From: an uncultured Poribacteria bacterium
Lineage (GTDB): Bacteria > Poribacteria > WGA-4E > WGA-3G
Assembly (NCBI GenBank): GCA_958296135.2
Contig: CATQHZ020000001.1
Coordinates: 3,392,001 to 3,456,000 of the forward strand
Direction of reading: 5' to 3'
Length of the DNA stretch: 64,000 nucleotides
The notes beneath the pieces are model-generated. The model had not been told where the DNA came from. It did not search any database and saw only the letters and a list, made by a program, of their open reading frames with translations. Positions within the stretch are counted from its first letter, which is position 1, and every line of letters starts with the position of its first letter. A program made the translations under genes and the position numbers. This document shows positions 1 to 11,559 of this stretch, piece by piece.

Positions 1-1494
1 TCTTACGCAGGTTCTATCCTCGCGACAGCAGCCCTCGGTGTCGCCGCTGTTGCCGCAAAGGAGCACGATAACCTCGCGCTCCAACTCAAATACCTCTCAG
101 CACCGATGATTATCGCGGGGATTGGCGTGCTCCTCTCAATCCTGGGCATCTACATGGTGCGGACGAAAGAAGGCGCATCAATGAAGCAGTTGATGAGTTC
201 GCTGAACCTCGGCATTAACGGGAGCGCGCTCGGCATCGCGCTTTTGTCCATTCCTGTGTTGCTCTACCTCGATTTGCCCAACAAATGGCAGATTTGGGGC
301 GCGATTGTCACCGGGCTCGCCGCCGGCCTGATTATCGGCAAAGTCACGGAAGTGTTCACTTCTCACGATTATGCGCCGACGCGCGCCATCGCGAAGCAGG
401 CGAAAACCGGACCCGCCACCGTAATCATTGAAGGCATCGCGGTGGGAATGGAATCTACCGCCATTCCGGTTCTGACGATTATCGCCGCGGTGGCCATCAG
501 TTATTATCTCCCCGGCGGTACAAGCGCGCCATTGATGGGACTCTACGGTGTCGGCATCGCCGCAGTCGGCATGCTCGCAACGCTCGGTATCACGTTGGCA
601 ACCGATGCCTACGGCCCCATCGCGGACAATGCGGGTGGAAACGCCGAAATGTCTGAATTGGAAAAGAGCGTTCGAGAACGCACTGACCAGCTCGATGCAC
701 TCGGAAACACGACAGCTGCAACAGGAAAAGGGTTTGCCATCGGCTCGGCGGCACTCACCGCACTCGCGCTTTTGGCTGCTTACCTCGAAGAGATACGATA
801 CGGCCTGAAACACCTCGCGGGCATGGATACACTGACTATCCCCGGTGAAGGCAGCATTGATACACTGAAGGTGACAATCAACCAATTCATGGTATACTAC
901 AACGTCACGCTGATGAATCCCCAAGTACTGATCGGGCTGTTTATCGGCGCGGTGATGGCGTTCTATTTCTGCGCGCTCACGATGAAGGCAGTCGGCCGAG
1001 CAGCAGGAGCCATGGTAGAAGAAGTTCGCCGCCAACTCCGAGAGAAACCAGGCATCATGAAGCGCGAAGAGAAGCCGGATTACGCGCGATGCGTTGAAAT
1101 CTCAACCGCCGGGGCGCAACGGGAAATGATTTTTCCCTCGCTCCTCGCGATTATTGTTCCTGTTGCTGTCGGCTTAATTTTTAATGTCGCCGGGGTGCTA
1201 GGACTCCTCGCAGGCGGGTTAGCCAGCGGATTCGTGTTGGCTGTCATGATGGCGAATGCAGGCGGCGCATGGGACAACGCCAAAAAGTTCATCGAACAAG
1301 GCGCACACGGCGGCAAAAACTCCGAGGAACACAAAGCCACCGTTGTAGGCGATACCGTCGGCGATCCGTTCAAAGACACCGCCGGGCCCTCGCTGAATAT
1401 CTTGATTAAGTTGATGTCAATGGTTTCCGTGGTGTTTGCAGGCCTCATCGCCAAATATGGCGGCGCAGTCAGCGGATGGTTGGGCATGCAATAA
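1..1494 (+). CDS. hppA: Membrane-bound ion-translocating pyrophosphatase (K+-dependent type), 5'-partial
   Basis: Frame is open from base 1 (SYAGSILAT...). Motifs DAYGPIADNAGG, LDALGNTTAATGKGFAIGS, GGAWDNAKK, GDTVGDPFKDTAGPS. GNTTAA rather than GNTTKA marks the K+-dependent class. Confidence 0.95.
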   Translation, partial: SYAGSILATAALGVAAVAAKEHDNLALQLKYLSAPMIIAGIGVLLSILGIYMVRTKEGASMKQLMSSLNLGINGSALGIALLSIPVLLYLDLPNKWQIWGAIVTGLAAGLIIGKVTEVFTSHDYAPTRAIAKQAKTGPATVIIEGIAVGMESTAIPVLTIIAAVAISYYLPGGTSAPLMGLYGVGIAAVGMLATLGITLATDAYGPIADNAGGNAEMSELEKSVRERTDQLDALGNTTAATGKGFAIGSAALTALALLAAYLEEIRYGLKHLAGMDTLTIPGEGSIDTLKVTINQFMVYYNVTLMNPQVLIGLFIGAVMAFYFCALTMKAVGRAAGAMVEEVRRQLREKPGIMKREEKPDYARCVEISTAGAQREMIFPSLLAIIVPVAVGLIFNVAGVLGLLAGGLASGFVLAVMMANAGGAWDNAKKFIEQGAHGGKNSEEHKATVVGDTVGDPFKDTAGPSLNILIKLMSMVSVVFAGLIAKYGGAVSGWLGMQ

Positions 1495-1506
1495 AGGAAG
1501 GCAAAC

Positions 1507-2001
1507 GTGAAATTCACAAACCTCATCGTCTATGCACTAGGCTCGCTTGTCATCTGCATCGTCGGGTGCCAACGGGGCAGCGGAGATCTTGTCGCCATCT
1601 CTTCGGATGCAGTGCCGGTTGAAGTTGAAAACTGGGGAACCGTCGTTGTTGCCGATAAAGCCGATAAATGGGGAACTGATGACTATGTCCTGAACGCCGC
1701 TACGATAACCGGCGATACGCTGACGCTCAATGTATCCTACAGCGGTGGATGTAAACGCCATGACTTCACACTCGTCGTCGCAGCGGCATTCATGGAGTCA
1801 CTTCCGGTGCAACTCAGCGTCACGCTTGCTCACGACGCGAACGACGACACGTGCGAGGCATTCCCAACCGAAGACTATCACTTTGCCCTCGGTGCAATCA
1901 AAACGCTGTATCAGAAGGCTTACGGGCAGGGAGCAGGCACCATCGTCTTACGCCTTGAAGACGCGCCGGATGGACACATTATCTATGAATGGACGATGTA
2001 A
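1507..2001 (+). CDS. Putative lipoprotein, NigD-like C-terminal domain
   Basis: Lipobox-like IVGC after a hydrophobic leader; YSGGC..HDFTL...FMESLPVQ...HDANDDTCEA pattern; GGAAGG RBS upstream. Confidence 0.6.
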   Translation: MKFTNLIVYALGSLVICIVGCQRGSGDLVAISSDAVPVEVENWGTVVVADKADKWGTDDYVLNAATITGDTLTLNVSYSGGCKRHDFTLVVAAAFMESLPVQLSVTLAHDANDDTCEAFPTEDYHFALGAIKTLYQKAYGQGAGTIVLRLEDAPDGHIIYEWTM

Positions 2002-2104
2002 ATTGTGGTTCATTCTCCGGTAGGTGCGCATCGTTCGTCCCCGGTAGGCGCGCTTTCAAAGCGCGCCTATCAACTACTGATGCAAATTTGTAGGAGAACA
2101 AAAA

Positions 2105-3784
2105 ATGTCAAATCAACTCAAACCCCGAAGTTATGCAATTACCGATGGTCCAGACCGCGCCGCCGCCCGAACCATGCTTATGTTCGGTGACGGCGGCTTG
2201 TCCCCGGCAGACCTGGATAAACCTATCATCGGGGTTGCGAATACGTGGATCGAAATCGGGCCGTGCAATTTTCATCTGCGGCGACTCGCGGCGAAAGTCA
2301 AGGAAGGCATTCGCGCCGCGGGCGGCACCCCGCTTGAATTCAACACCGTCAGTATCTCCGATGGAATTACGATGGGCACGGAGGGAATGAAAACCTCGCT
2401 CATTAGCCGCGAGATTATCGCCGATTCCATCGAACTCGTCTCCATCGGAAACATGTTCGATGCTGTCGTCGCGCTCTGTGGGTGCGACAAAACGGTGCCG
2501 GGCACCGTCATGGCACTCGCGCGGTTGGATATCCCCTCGCTCACACTCTACGGCGGTTCCATCATGCCTGGCCATTTCCACGGACGCGATGTCACTATCC
2601 AAGATGTATTTGAGGCAGTAGGACAGCACGCTGAAGGCACGATAACCGTCGAGGAACTCGATGACTTGATTAGCAAAGGCTGCCCGGGGCCCGGGGCCTG
2701 CGGCGGACAATTCACTGCCAATACGATGGCTACAGCGGTGGAAATGCTAGGCATCGCGCCGATGGGAAGCGGCAGCGTACCAGCTGTCGCCGAGGAAAAA
2801 GACAGCGTGGCATACGAAGCCGGGCAATTGGTAATGGACATGTTAGCCGCCGATCGCCGGCCCAGCCAGATTATCACCCGCAACTCCCTGGAAAATGCGA
2901 TTACCTCCATCGCCGCGACAGGCGGTTCTACTAACGGCGTTTTGCATCTGCTCGCCATTGCACACGAGGCACAGATTCCAATAACGCTTGAGGATTTCCA
3001 CGCTATCAGTCAAAGAACGCCTGTGCTCGCAGATCTGAAACCGGGGGGACAGTTCGTCGCCACGGATCTCTATCGCGCCGGCGGAATTCCGCTGCTCGCA
3101 AAACGTCTCGCAGAAGCCGACTTACTCCACACTGACGAACTCACCGTTACCGGAAAGACTCTCGGTGATGAAACACGGCGAGCCGTTGAAACCGAGAACC
3201 AGAAAGTCGTGATGCCGGTAGACAAACCGCTCAAACCGACCGGGGGGTTTGCCATCCTCAGAGGCAACTTGGCACCCGATGGCTGTGTTATCAAATTAGC
3301 GGGACAAGACAAGACGCTGCACCGCGGGCCCGTGCGTGTCTTTGAACGCGAGGAAGATACCTTTGCTGCAATTAAAGGCGGAAAAATCAGACCCGGCGAT
3401 GTGGTGGCCATCCGTTATGAAGGACCCACCGGCGGACCCGGCATGCGCGAGATGCTTGGGGTGACAGCAGCAATCGTCGGCGCAGGGTTGAGCGAAGACG
3501 TCGCGCTTTTAACCGATGGCAGATTCTCCGGGGCAACGCACGGCTTCATGATTTGCCACGTTGCACCTGAAGCAGCGAAGGGCGGCCCCCTCGCTATCCT
3601 CGAAGAGGGAGATACCGTCGTGATTGACGCGGTGAACCGTCGGCTGGATGTTGAACTCTCCGATACCGAAATGCAGGCACGTCTGAAGAAGTGGACCCCG
3701 CCGCAGCCGCGCTATGCCCGCGGTGTCATGGCAAAATACGCGAATGCTGTCTCTTCTGCATCTGAAGGCGCAGTAACAGCGTAA
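2105..3784 (+). CDS. ilvD: Dihydroxy-acid dehydratase
   Basis: [50 protein letters not shown] motifs; AGGAG RBS. Confidence 0.97.
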   Translation: MSNQLKPRSYAITDGPDRAAARTMLMFGDGGLSPADLDKPIIGVANTWIEIGPCNFHLRRLAAKVKEGIRAAGGTPLEFNTVSISDGITMGTEGMKTSLISREIIADSIELVSIGNMFDAVVALCGCDKTVPGTVMALARLDIPSLTLYGGSIMPGHFHGRDVTIQDVFEAVGQHAEGTITVEELDDLISKGCPGPGACGGQFTANTMATAVEMLGIAPMGSGSVPAVAEEKDSVAYEAGQLVMDMLAADRRPSQIITRNSLENAITSIAATGGSTNGVLHLLAIAHEAQIPITLEDFHAISQRTPVLADLKPGGQFVATDLYRAGGIPLLAKRLAEADLLHTDELTVTGKTLGDETRRAVETENQKVVMPVDKPLKPTGGFAILRGNLAPDGCVIKLAGQDKTLHRGPVRVFEREEDTFAAIKGGKIRPGDVVAIRYEGPTGGPGMREMLGVTAAIVGAGLSEDVALLTDGRFSGATHGFMICHVAPEAAKGGPLAILEEGDTVVIDAVNRRLDVELSDTEMQARLKKWTPPQPRYARGVMAKYANAVSSASEGAVTA

Positions 3785-3948
3785 AGCAGCGAGGAAACTA
3801 CGCGAGACTTGGAACGCAGCGCGGGGGCTGTCCGCCGCAATCTCTCAACAGAGAAGGCGCACAACCTACCCTATACATGCACAAATTAGCATGCAAGGCG
3901 CGCTCCCAAAGCGCGCCTACCGGTTCGTCTCGCGTCAATAAAAAAACG

Positions 3949-3977
3949 TTGACAGGAAATGCATTTTATGCTAAAAT
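3949..3977 (+). promoter_or_regulatory. Sigma70-like promoter for the WD40 gene
   Basis: TTGACA-N17-TAAAAT with extended TG. Confidence 0.6.
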
Positions 3978-4053
3978 CCCGCGCGTAGGACTAAATTGAG
4001 CAGCCAAACGATTTTTTGACAAGGGAAGTCGCGACATCAAGGAGATAAACCTT

Positions 4054-5835
4054 ATGAAAAAGATGCTACTGTTATCAGTATCCATTGTGATGACTGCTGT
4101 TTTGAGTCTATCACGCGCATTTGCCGCAGATTACACCAAGTGGCATTTGCCGGAAGGGGCCGAAGCGCGGCTCGGCAAAGGGTGGATAAACGAATTGGAG
4201 TTTTCTCCGGACGGAGCGCAGCTTGCTGTGGGCACCACCATTGGTATCTGGATATACGATGTCCACACCGGTAAAGAACTTAAACTGCTCACCGGCGATA
4301 TGGGCAGTGTGAAGGCTGTAGCCTATTCCCCGCTTGGATTTTACCTTGTCAGTGGTTATTCAGACCGGACGGTGCGCGTTTGGGACATCAGCACCGGCGA
4401 GGTTATGATAACTCTCACAGGACATACGGGAGCCATCCACACGGTGGACTTTTCGCCCGATGGCAGCATAATTGCCAGCGGCAGCGCAGATAAGACTATC
4501 CGCTTGTGGCACGCGAGCACCGGCGAACTTATGTCGATTCTACCAGGGTATGAGGGCACCGTTTATACCGTTAAGTTCTCACCCGATGGAAGAATGCTCG
4601 CCGGGGGCAGTGAGGATGCCACGCTCCGAGTCTGGCGGACTGGAACAGGGGAGCAGATGTATGAATTTACAGAACATACCGAGGCAATTCAGAGTTTAGC
4701 GTTCTCACCAGGAGGGCTCATCCTTGCCAGTGCAAGTACCGATGGAACAGTTCAGTTTTGGAGCTTAAAGGAACCCGCACATCGACTTTTCCCTCCAACG
4801 CAACACGATACCCCTGTTTACGCCGTTTCCTTCTCACCTGATGGCAATACGTTCGCGACCGGCAGTGCAAACAAGGCCATTCAGTTGGGCGACGCAACTA
4901 CCGGCCGCCTTGTATCCACGCTTGAGGGACATAAAGATTCTGTACCTAAAATTGCCTTCTCACCCGATGGCAGCACTTTTGCGAGTGGGAGTTTGGACGG
5001 CACCGTCCGGGTGTGGGATACTCGCCTTCACCGCGAAATATCCCAGATGGCGGGGCACGTAGGCCGTGTCAAAGCGTTGGTATACGTTGAGGACAATCGC
5101 ATCCGTGCCAGCGGTGAAGCGTTTGATGGCAAACTGCGTTTGTGGGATGCAGGTAGCAGCCGAGAATTGTCCATCCTTCCAGAACACACCGGTTTAACCC
5201 ACGTCGCCGCCTTCTCATGGGACAGCAAAATCCTTGCAAGTGCAGGAAATTCAGATGGAACAACCCTCTTATCCGATATCGCAGGCGGAGTCTGGGATGA
5301 CTTGTTGGATGTGAACCGTCACCAGCGAGTCTCTACGCTTAAAGGGAATGAACACGGCATCACTGCCTTGGCGTTTTCTCCGGAGGGAACCACCCTTGCG
5401 AGCGGCGGACTAGATGGAAAAATTCATCTATTGGATATCAACACGGGCCGTTCACTGAAAACCCTCAAGGGACCCGAGAGCAGTGTCACCGCGCTGGCCT
5501 TCTCAGCAACGGGCAGTCTGCTGGTAAGCGGTGAATCGAACGGCACAGTGCGAGTCTGGAATGCCCTGACAGGACAAGAAACATTAGATTTCAAAATCCT
5601 CGCCGGTGCGATTGGCGCATTGGCATTTTCACGAGATAACCGACTCCTCGCTCTCGGAGACTCGGAAGGCACAATTCGGTTATTCGGTTTTGAGAGAGAA
5701 CTTGACGAAACAATCGTTACCCGACACACTCGCAAGATTACAGCGTTGATGTTTTCCAAGAATGGGAACATCCTAGCCAGTGGCAGCGAAGACGGAACGA
5801 TTCTCCTCTGGGATACACAAATTGGTAAACGCTAA
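4054..5835 (+). CDS. Secreted WD40-repeat protein (about 13 repeats)
   Basis: Signal peptide; WHLPEGAEARLGKG leader; repeated GH...FSPDG..LASGS.D.T.RLWD units. Confidence 0.93.
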   Translation: MKKMLLLSVSIVMTAVLSLSRAFAADYTKWHLPEGAEARLGKGWINELEFSPDGAQLAVGTTIGIWIYDVHTGKELKLLTGDMGSVKAVAYSPLGFYLVSGYSDRTVRVWDISTGEVMITLTGHTGAIHTVDFSPDGSIIASGSADKTIRLWHASTGELMSILPGYEGTVYTVKFSPDGRMLAGGSEDATLRVWRTGTGEQMYEFTEHTEAIQSLAFSPGGLILASASTDGTVQFWSLKEPAHRLFPPTQHDTPVYAVSFSPDGNTFATGSANKAIQLGDATTGRLVSTLEGHKDSVPKIAFSPDGSTFASGSLDGTVRVWDTRLHREISQMAGHVGRVKALVYVEDNRIRASGEAFDGKLRLWDAGSSRELSILPEHTGLTHVAAFSWDSKILASAGNSDGTTLLSDIAGGVWDDLLDVNRHQRVSTLKGNEHGITALAFSPEGTTLASGGLDGKIHLLDINTGRSLKTLKGPESSVTALAFSATGSLLVSGESNGTVRVWNALTGQETLDFKILAGAIGALAFSRDNRLLALGDSEGTIRLFGFERELDETIVTRHTRKITALMFSKNGNILASGSEDGTILLWDTQIGKR

Positions 5836-5937
5836 CCGATATCCCGCCACCTTTCGTAGGCGCAATCTCTCATCGCGACATCTTTTCTCGGTAGGAGCGA
5901 TTTCCAATCGCGAAACCACTTTTTGACGAGTTGAAAA

Positions 5938-7314
5938 ATGGATGCGATAACACAAGCCCACTACAACCTCGGCACCGCTTACCTGAACGAGAAGCAGTAT
6001 ACTGAAGCGATTGCCGCGTTTCAAAAGGCGATAGAGACAGATACCGATTTTGCGGAAGCACATGGACAACTCGGAATCGCCTATTTTGAATTGGACAGGT
6101 TTGACGAAGCAGGAACAGCAGCGAAGGAGGCCATCAGGCTGAATCCGAACTATCAGCCCGCGCTCAAACTTTTAGACGCTCTCAAACAAGAACATTACGA
6201 CAATGGGCTCGCTCTCCTCACCGAAGAAGGATACGATGGCGCAATCGCAGAATTCAAAGCGGCGATAGAAATCGACCCGGGGCTCATCGAAGCACACCAC
6301 GCACTAGGACTCGCTTATCTCGCAATAGGCAAACTGGAAATGGCGAAAGAGAGGGCCGAAGAAGCGTTAAGGCTCGACGCGGAATATGAACCTGCCCAGG
6401 CTCTTTTGGATGCCATCAAGCCAGCACCAATACCTCCGGTGGAAGCAAAACTGCAAGCACCGCCCCCGGAAGCAAACGAGGAAGAGGAAGAGCAAACGTC
6501 CCCAACGGAGGTAACTCAGGAAGCAGCGCCGCAAGCACCGTCGTCACTGAAAACCACGCAGGGCTCGCCGGAAAAAGAGAAGCATTATGAGCAGGGAATT
6601 GCTTTTCTAAACAACGGACAATCTGAACACGCGATTGCCGCGTTCAAAAGCGCGAAAAACCTTGATGCGAATTATCGGGATGCACACTACGGGCTTGGCC
6701 TCGCCTATCTGAGAGTTGGTGCCTTGGACATCGCGGAAGAAGCGGCCGAGGAAGCACTCCGAATCGATTCCAACTTTTTGCCCGCGCATCAACTTTTGGA
6801 TTCAATTGATTTCCAAAATACGCAGGCGAGAAAGCGGAGACGTTGGCGGAAAGTCGCGGTGGCTGTCGGTATCGTCGGGATAGCACTCATCGCTTTCGGC
6901 GCATTTCAACTGGGCTTCTTAAATGCATGGCTGAAACCCGCGCCACCGCCGAAGTTGGCCATCACTAAAGTCGCCTTAAATGAACACTCGGGGAACGGCT
7001 TCCTTGATGCAAACGAAAGTGGACGCATTCTGATAACCATCCAGAATAACGGCGGTGATGTCAGAAACGTCCAGGTGAAACTGGACCCGAGTCATCGCGC
7101 TGGCTTACGCTACAAACCCGTCTTAACACTCCAACAACTGGGTGGAAACAGCGAGCAGACTCTCACAATCCCGATTTCCGCCGAGGGGAGTATTCAGGGG
7201 CAAACCGTGAAATTGAACATCAACGTGATGGACAAGAATGGCATGCCGCTCGTATCTGAAGCCTTTTCTTTCAAAACGCAACCTTTGCCGCTTTCACCGC
7301 TGCCGGTTCGATAA
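5938..7314 (+). CDS. TPR-repeat membrane protein with C-terminal Ig/CARDB-like domain
   Basis: Three TPR blocks (AHYNLG..Y, AH..LGLAY), Pro/Glu linker, RKRRR followed by one TM helix, then a beta-rich domain (GNGFLDANESG.I.ITIQNNG). Confidence 0.85.
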   Translation: MDAITQAHYNLGTAYLNEKQYTEAIAAFQKAIETDTDFAEAHGQLGIAYFELDRFDEAGTAAKEAIRLNPNYQPALKLLDALKQEHYDNGLALLTEEGYDGAIAEFKAAIEIDPGLIEAHHALGLAYLAIGKLEMAKERAEEALRLDAEYEPAQALLDAIKPAPIPPVEAKLQAPPPEANEEEEEQTSPTEVTQEAAPQAPSSLKTTQGSPEKEKHYEQGIAFLNNGQSEHAIAAFKSAKNLDANYRDAHYGLGLAYLRVGALDIAEEAAEEALRIDSNFLPAHQLLDSIDFQNTQARKRRRWRKVAVAVGIVGIALIAFGAFQLGFLNAWLKPAPPPKLAITKVALNEHSGNGFLDANESGRILITIQNNGGDVRNVQVKLDPSHRAGLRYKPVLTLQQLGGNSEQTLTIPISAEGSIQGQTVKLNINVMDKNGMPLVSEAFSFKTQPLPLSPLPVR

Positions 7315-7332
7315 ACTGATAAGGAGGACGCG

Positions 7333-9504
7333 ATGAATTCAAGAATATGGGGAATTATTGGGGGCGTGGCTTTGGTGCTCGCGCTCCTCTCACCCCTCGT
7401 GTTAGGCAGCTCCAAAAAGGTCGAGCGGCTCTTTGAGGATGCTGAAAAGTTGTATCAGCGCGCGAATTACAAAGACGCAATCGGCAAATATCGCGACGCA
7501 CTCAGCGCATCGAAAAAGTTCGGCGTGAACACCGAACGGATTGACGGGGATTTCACCACACTTGTCAACTATAAAATCGCGCGCTGTTATTATGAGCTCG
7601 CGCAACAATCGGGCAACATCAATCACTACGCGACCGCGCTCAGCCACGTGAAAGCGGTTTTTCCAAACGCAGATGTTGTCAAGCATCGAGAAGAACTAAC
7701 CTACCTCTGGGCACAGATTCTCCGCGCGACAGAACAGGTTGAGTCAGCAAAAGCGAAGTTCGCCTCACTGATCGAAAACTTTCCAAATAGCCGCTATATT
7801 GGGAATGCACGGCAAGCACTTGAGGATATGAACGCTGATAATCCAAATCCACCCCCTGTGCCGCCTGAATGGCTCGAGGACGCGCAAGATTTACTGGATG
7901 CGGAAGACTATGAGGCAGCATATCAGGCATTTGATAAGGCTGTTAACGACGAAAATCTTCAGAACCGACCCGAAATTCGGGCGGAGGCGATGTTCAAAGC
8001 CGCCTACTGTTTGGCTCAACTCAGCCGAAACAGCGAGGCACTTGACTACTATTCAGAACTTATCAAGAAATTTCCCGAAAACAGTAGTTACGTCACCAAG
8101 GCTTATGTCAACAAAGGGCAGATTTACGCTGCCCAAAGGGACTACGTCAACGCGCGCGAAAACTATGAAGCCGCCATGTCTGCCACGGAAGACCAGGGCC
8201 GGAAGGCAGAAATTTATGAGATTTATCATCAGACTTATCTCGTTCCAATGCGAGTGCGCACGCTCGCCAACATTGAAGAAAGGGAGTGGGAACAGAAACG
8301 TTCTGAGAAAGCGGCCGAAAAATACGCACGCCTCATCAACGCGAATAGGTTATGGGGAGAAAGACAATTCCTTGAAGCAGCCAAGGAATACGAAGCATTC
8401 GCAGCCGAACGACCGGCTGACACAGAAGTGCCTTACGCCATTTATCAAAGCGGCAGATGCTATTACCTCGCCGCTTTTGAAAAGGCGGAGCCATTTGGAA
8501 AGGCTGTCACTGTCTTCCAAAAACTCATCGATGCCTATCGGGACAGCGAATATGCTATTAAAGCTTACCACGGCATAGCATTAGTTTACCGCAATTGGGC
8601 GCAGAAACACGGCGATGACTCCAAATGGTGGCTCGCCATCAAAACGGTAGAGACAGCAAACGAAAAATACGCGGGCACTGAGAATGAGATAGTCAGGGAA
8701 ATCCTCGGCCGTATGAAGCCAATCAAAGATAGCGCGCTCGCCTATTTAGGCACGATGGCGAAATCCAAGGCACAAGTCGCAATTGAGAAAGCAGAGAAGG
8801 ACATCCAACGCGCGAACAAACGCAATACACAGAAGCATGCCGCTGCTTTAATGCAGGAATCGGTAAAGCTGCTTACGCATGCGAAGACAGCACTCGGAAC
8901 TGCGAATTACGATTACGCTTTTAACTTAGCTGAAGAGGCATCGAAAAAAGCGCGCGAGGCAGTCAATAAGGCACGCATCGCGGAAAACCGGCAGAGTACC
9001 TACGCCCTCAAAGAGAATTACGTCTATGAAGGACACGAGGCTCTGGAAAAAGGCGCGCTTGTCACAGCGGAAAAGAAGGCGCGGCAGGCGTTGAAAATCG
9101 ATCGGAACTCTCGCGCCGCCCACCGACTTTTGAACGCGATAAAGCAGACATACTACGGTGAAGGACTGGCGTTCCTTGACGACAACCGGTATCCCCAAGC
9201 CATAACCGCGTTTGAGAACGCTGCAAGAATTGACAGGAGTTTCGCAAAAGCGCACTGCAATCTCGGAGTTGTCTACATTGAGCAGAACCAAGCGGCCAAG
9301 GCGATTGCTCCGCTTAAAAAGGCTATAGAAGCGGACGCGAATTTTAAGGAAGCGCACTTTAACCTCAGCATCGCTTACATGCGCCTTGGCCGATTTGAAT
9401 TGGCGCGCAACACGGCAGAAATTGTCGTGGCTCTTTGCGGAACCTCTCGGAAAGAACCGGTCTGCGAAGCCGCCAAAATGCTTTTGAAGTCTATTGCCGA
9501 TTAA
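7333..9504 (+). CDS. N-terminally anchored TPR protein (BamD/YbgF-like repeats)
   Basis: N-terminal hydrophobic segment; LIENFPNSRY, LIKKFPENSSY and AHCNLGVVY TPR motifs; AAGGAGG RBS. Confidence 0.85.
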   Translation: MNSRIWGIIGGVALVLALLSPLVLGSSKKVERLFEDAEKLYQRANYKDAIGKYRDALSASKKFGVNTERIDGDFTTLVNYKIARCYYELAQQSGNINHYATALSHVKAVFPNADVVKHREELTYLWAQILRATEQVESAKAKFASLIENFPNSRYIGNARQALEDMNADNPNPPPVPPEWLEDAQDLLDAEDYEAAYQAFDKAVNDENLQNRPEIRAEAMFKAAYCLAQLSRNSEALDYYSELIKKFPENSSYVTKAYVNKGQIYAAQRDYVNARENYEAAMSATEDQGRKAEIYEIYHQTYLVPMRVRTLANIEEREWEQKRSEKAAEKYARLINANRLWGERQFLEAAKEYEAFAAERPADTEVPYAIYQSGRCYYLAAFEKAEPFGKAVTVFQKLIDAYRDSEYAIKAYHGIALVYRNWAQKHGDDSKWWLAIKTVETANEKYAGTENEIVREILGRMKPIKDSALAYLGTMAKSKAQVAIEKAEKDIQRANKRNTQKHAAALMQESVKLLTHAKTALGTANYDYAFNLAEEASKKAREAVNKARIAENRQSTYALKENYVYEGHEALEKGALVTAEKKARQALKIDRNSRAAHRLLNAIKQTYYGEGLAFLDDNRYPQAITAFENAARIDRSFAKAHCNLGVVYIEQNQAAKAIAPLKKAIEADANFKEAHFNLSIAYMRLGRFELARNTAEIVVALCGTSRKEPVCEAAKMLLKSIAD

Positions 9505-9579
9505 TACCAAATGTCGCAATGCGTCAGGAAGGATATAGAAATCAGCCCTGACAGCGGTTCAATACCCTCTAAAACGGCA

Positions 9580-10542
9580 CTATCGATAAGGCACCAAATC
9601 AATACCCGGATACGCCTGCGCGAGGCGTTCCAACGCCGCCGCTGTATAGTAGGCATCGCCGAGAGCAGGCCACCCAAGCACACGGCGCACCGCAGGAGTC
9701 GTCTGCGCGACAAATTTCATATAGTGCGGACTCGTCCACCCCGGCACCGAGCGCGTCGTTTTGCACCAATCCGCGTTATCGGCGCGATGGAAATGATACC
9801 CCATCCACGCGCGCTGTTTGCGCCGATTCGCAAACGGCTGCGCCGCATGGACTAAATAACTGGAACGGAAGGCGACACTCCCCGCTCTCGCCGTAACAGG
9901 AACAGGCTCCCCCAATTCCTCAAATTCACGCAAGTCGCGAATGCTGAGGCCGCCCGCTCTCCCCGGATGCTTTGCCCACACCGAACCCAATTGGTCCTGC
10001 GAACCGGGACAGACGAGCATCGGCGCACCATCCAACTCAATGTCATGCAGGATAATGCCGGACAGGATATAACCATACCGTTGCCAATCCGGATGCGGTG
10101 GTAACGGCGAATTGGTGGCGTTGTCGATGTGATACCCTTGCCACGGATGCTCACTATAACGCGTATCCGTAAGCCCCTCCCGCACGAAAATCTGCCCATA
10201 GCCGAGCCGGATCTCATCCGTATCTAGCAGCTGCCGCGCAATCGCTAAATACGCACCATTTTCCAGAAGCGCGTCCACCGCCGCCAACCCAGTCGGAAAA
10301 TGCAGTGCCTTTCCAAACGGACCGGCGAGTCGTTGCATCGGTTCTGTCTGCTCATAAGCGTCTTGAAGTGCCGCCGGCTGTTCGTCCCATTTAGCACGAT
10401 ATTCGGTATAAGTCAACCCATCATAAGCGTTTCGTTCAATCGCCTCTAGCGCGGGGGCAACTCGTTCAGCAGGAAAAACGTCCGGCACCACGAGAGTCCC
10501 ATCCCGTCTCCATGCCGCGAGTTGTTCGTGTGTCAGTTTCAT
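9580..10542 (-). CDS. Phytanoyl-CoA dioxygenase (PhyH)-family Fe(II)/2-oxoglutarate oxygenase
   Basis: LT.EQL..W.RDG.L N-terminus, HID facial-triad motif, distal H (LVHAA) and R. ATG at 10542 overlaps the rfbB stop (ATGA). Confidence 0.85.
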   Translation of the reverse strand: MKLTHEQLAAWRRDGTLVVPDVFPAERVAPALEAIERNAYDGLTYTEYRAKWDEQPAALQDAYEQTEPMQRLAGPFGKALHFPTGLAAVDALLENGAYLAIARQLLDTDEIRLGYGQIFVREGLTDTRYSEHPWQGYHIDNATNSPLPPHPDWQRYGYILSGIILHDIELDGAPMLVCPGSQDQLGSVWAKHPGRAGGLSIRDLREFEELGEPVPVTARAGSVAFRSSYLVHAAQPFANRRKQRAWMGYHFHRADNADWCKTTRSVPGWTSPHYMKFVAQTTPAVRRVLGWPALGDAYYTAAALERLAQAYPGIDLVPYR

Positions 10543-11552
10543 GAGAACTTCTCCCATTTATCCTCTTCGACCGAGGCGTGAATGTTCTCCCACCACGCTC
10601 GGTTTTCAATATACCACTCGAGCGTCTCGCGCAACCCTTGCTCAAACCCTATTGTCGGTTCCCACCCAACCTCGCCGCGAATTTTCGATGAATCCAAGAG
10701 ATACCGGCAATCGTGCCCGGGCCGGTCGGGGACATACGTTTTCAAGGACTGCGGTTTATCGACAACCTCCAAGATAAAATCGCTGATCTCCTCAATGCTC
10801 TTCTCAACGCCGCTGCCGACGTTGTAAGTCTCGCCAACTTTGCCATTCTGAATAACTAAGGCAATCGCGCGACAGTGGTCCCGGACATGCAGCCACTCTC
10901 GGCGGTTATGACTGCTCCGATAGAGCGTCAGCGGCTTATCTTGGAGAGCGTTCGTCGTAAAAAGCGGAATTAATTTCTCCGGATGTTGATAGGGACCGTA
11001 GTTATTGGAGCAGTTAGAAATTGTTATCGGCATCCCGAAACTGTGGAAATAGGCGTTCACGAGATGGTCAGCCGCCGCTTTTGACGCGTTATAGGGTGTC
11101 TGGGGCCGATACGCGGTCTTCTCCGTAAACGCGTCCTGAGAGTCCAGAGGCAGTTCACCGTAAACCTCGCAGGTAGAGATATGATGAAACCGCTGCACAT
11201 CATACTTACGGGCGGCATCCAGCACTATCTGCGTGCCGATGACGTTCGTCTCAAAGAACCGTCGCGGCTCCAAGATTGCCCGGCTATTGTGCGACTCGGC
11301 AGCGAAATTGACGATGACATCCGGCCGGCGCGTTCTCAACACCTCTTCAACGAAAGCCGCATCTAGAATATCGCCGTGGGTAAACTCGTAACGCTGCGGA
11401 TAACGTTCTATGACATCCGTGAGATTAGCGAGATTCCCCGCATAGGTGAGCCGGTCGAGGTTCACGATGGCATCGCCCGGGTAGTGCTGCAGCCAGTATC
11501 GGATGAAGTTTGTGCCGATGAACCCGGCTCCCCCGGTAACCAATAATTTCAT
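10539..11552 (-). CDS. rfbB: dTDP-glucose 4,6-dehydratase
   Basis: GGAGFIG, LTYAGNL, NFAAESH, YNASK, SNNYGPYQHPEKLIP, DRPGHD motifs. Confidence 0.93.
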   Translation of the reverse strand: MKLLVTGGAGFIGTNFIRYWLQHYPGDAIVNLDRLTYAGNLANLTDVIERYPQRYEFTHGDILDAAFVEEVLRTRRPDVIVNFAAESHNSRAILEPRRFFETNVIGTQIVLDAARKYDVQRFHHISTCEVYGELPLDSQDAFTEKTAYRPQTPYNASKAAADHLVNAYFHSFGMPITISNCSNNYGPYQHPEKLIPLFTTNALQDKPLTLYRSSHNRREWLHVRDHCRAIALVIQNGKVGETYNVGSGVEKSIEEISDFILEVVDKPQSLKTYVPDRPGHDCRYLLDSSKIRGEVGWEPTIGFEQGLRETLEWYIENRAWWENIHASVEEDKWEKFS

Positions 11553-11559
11553 GTGCGGT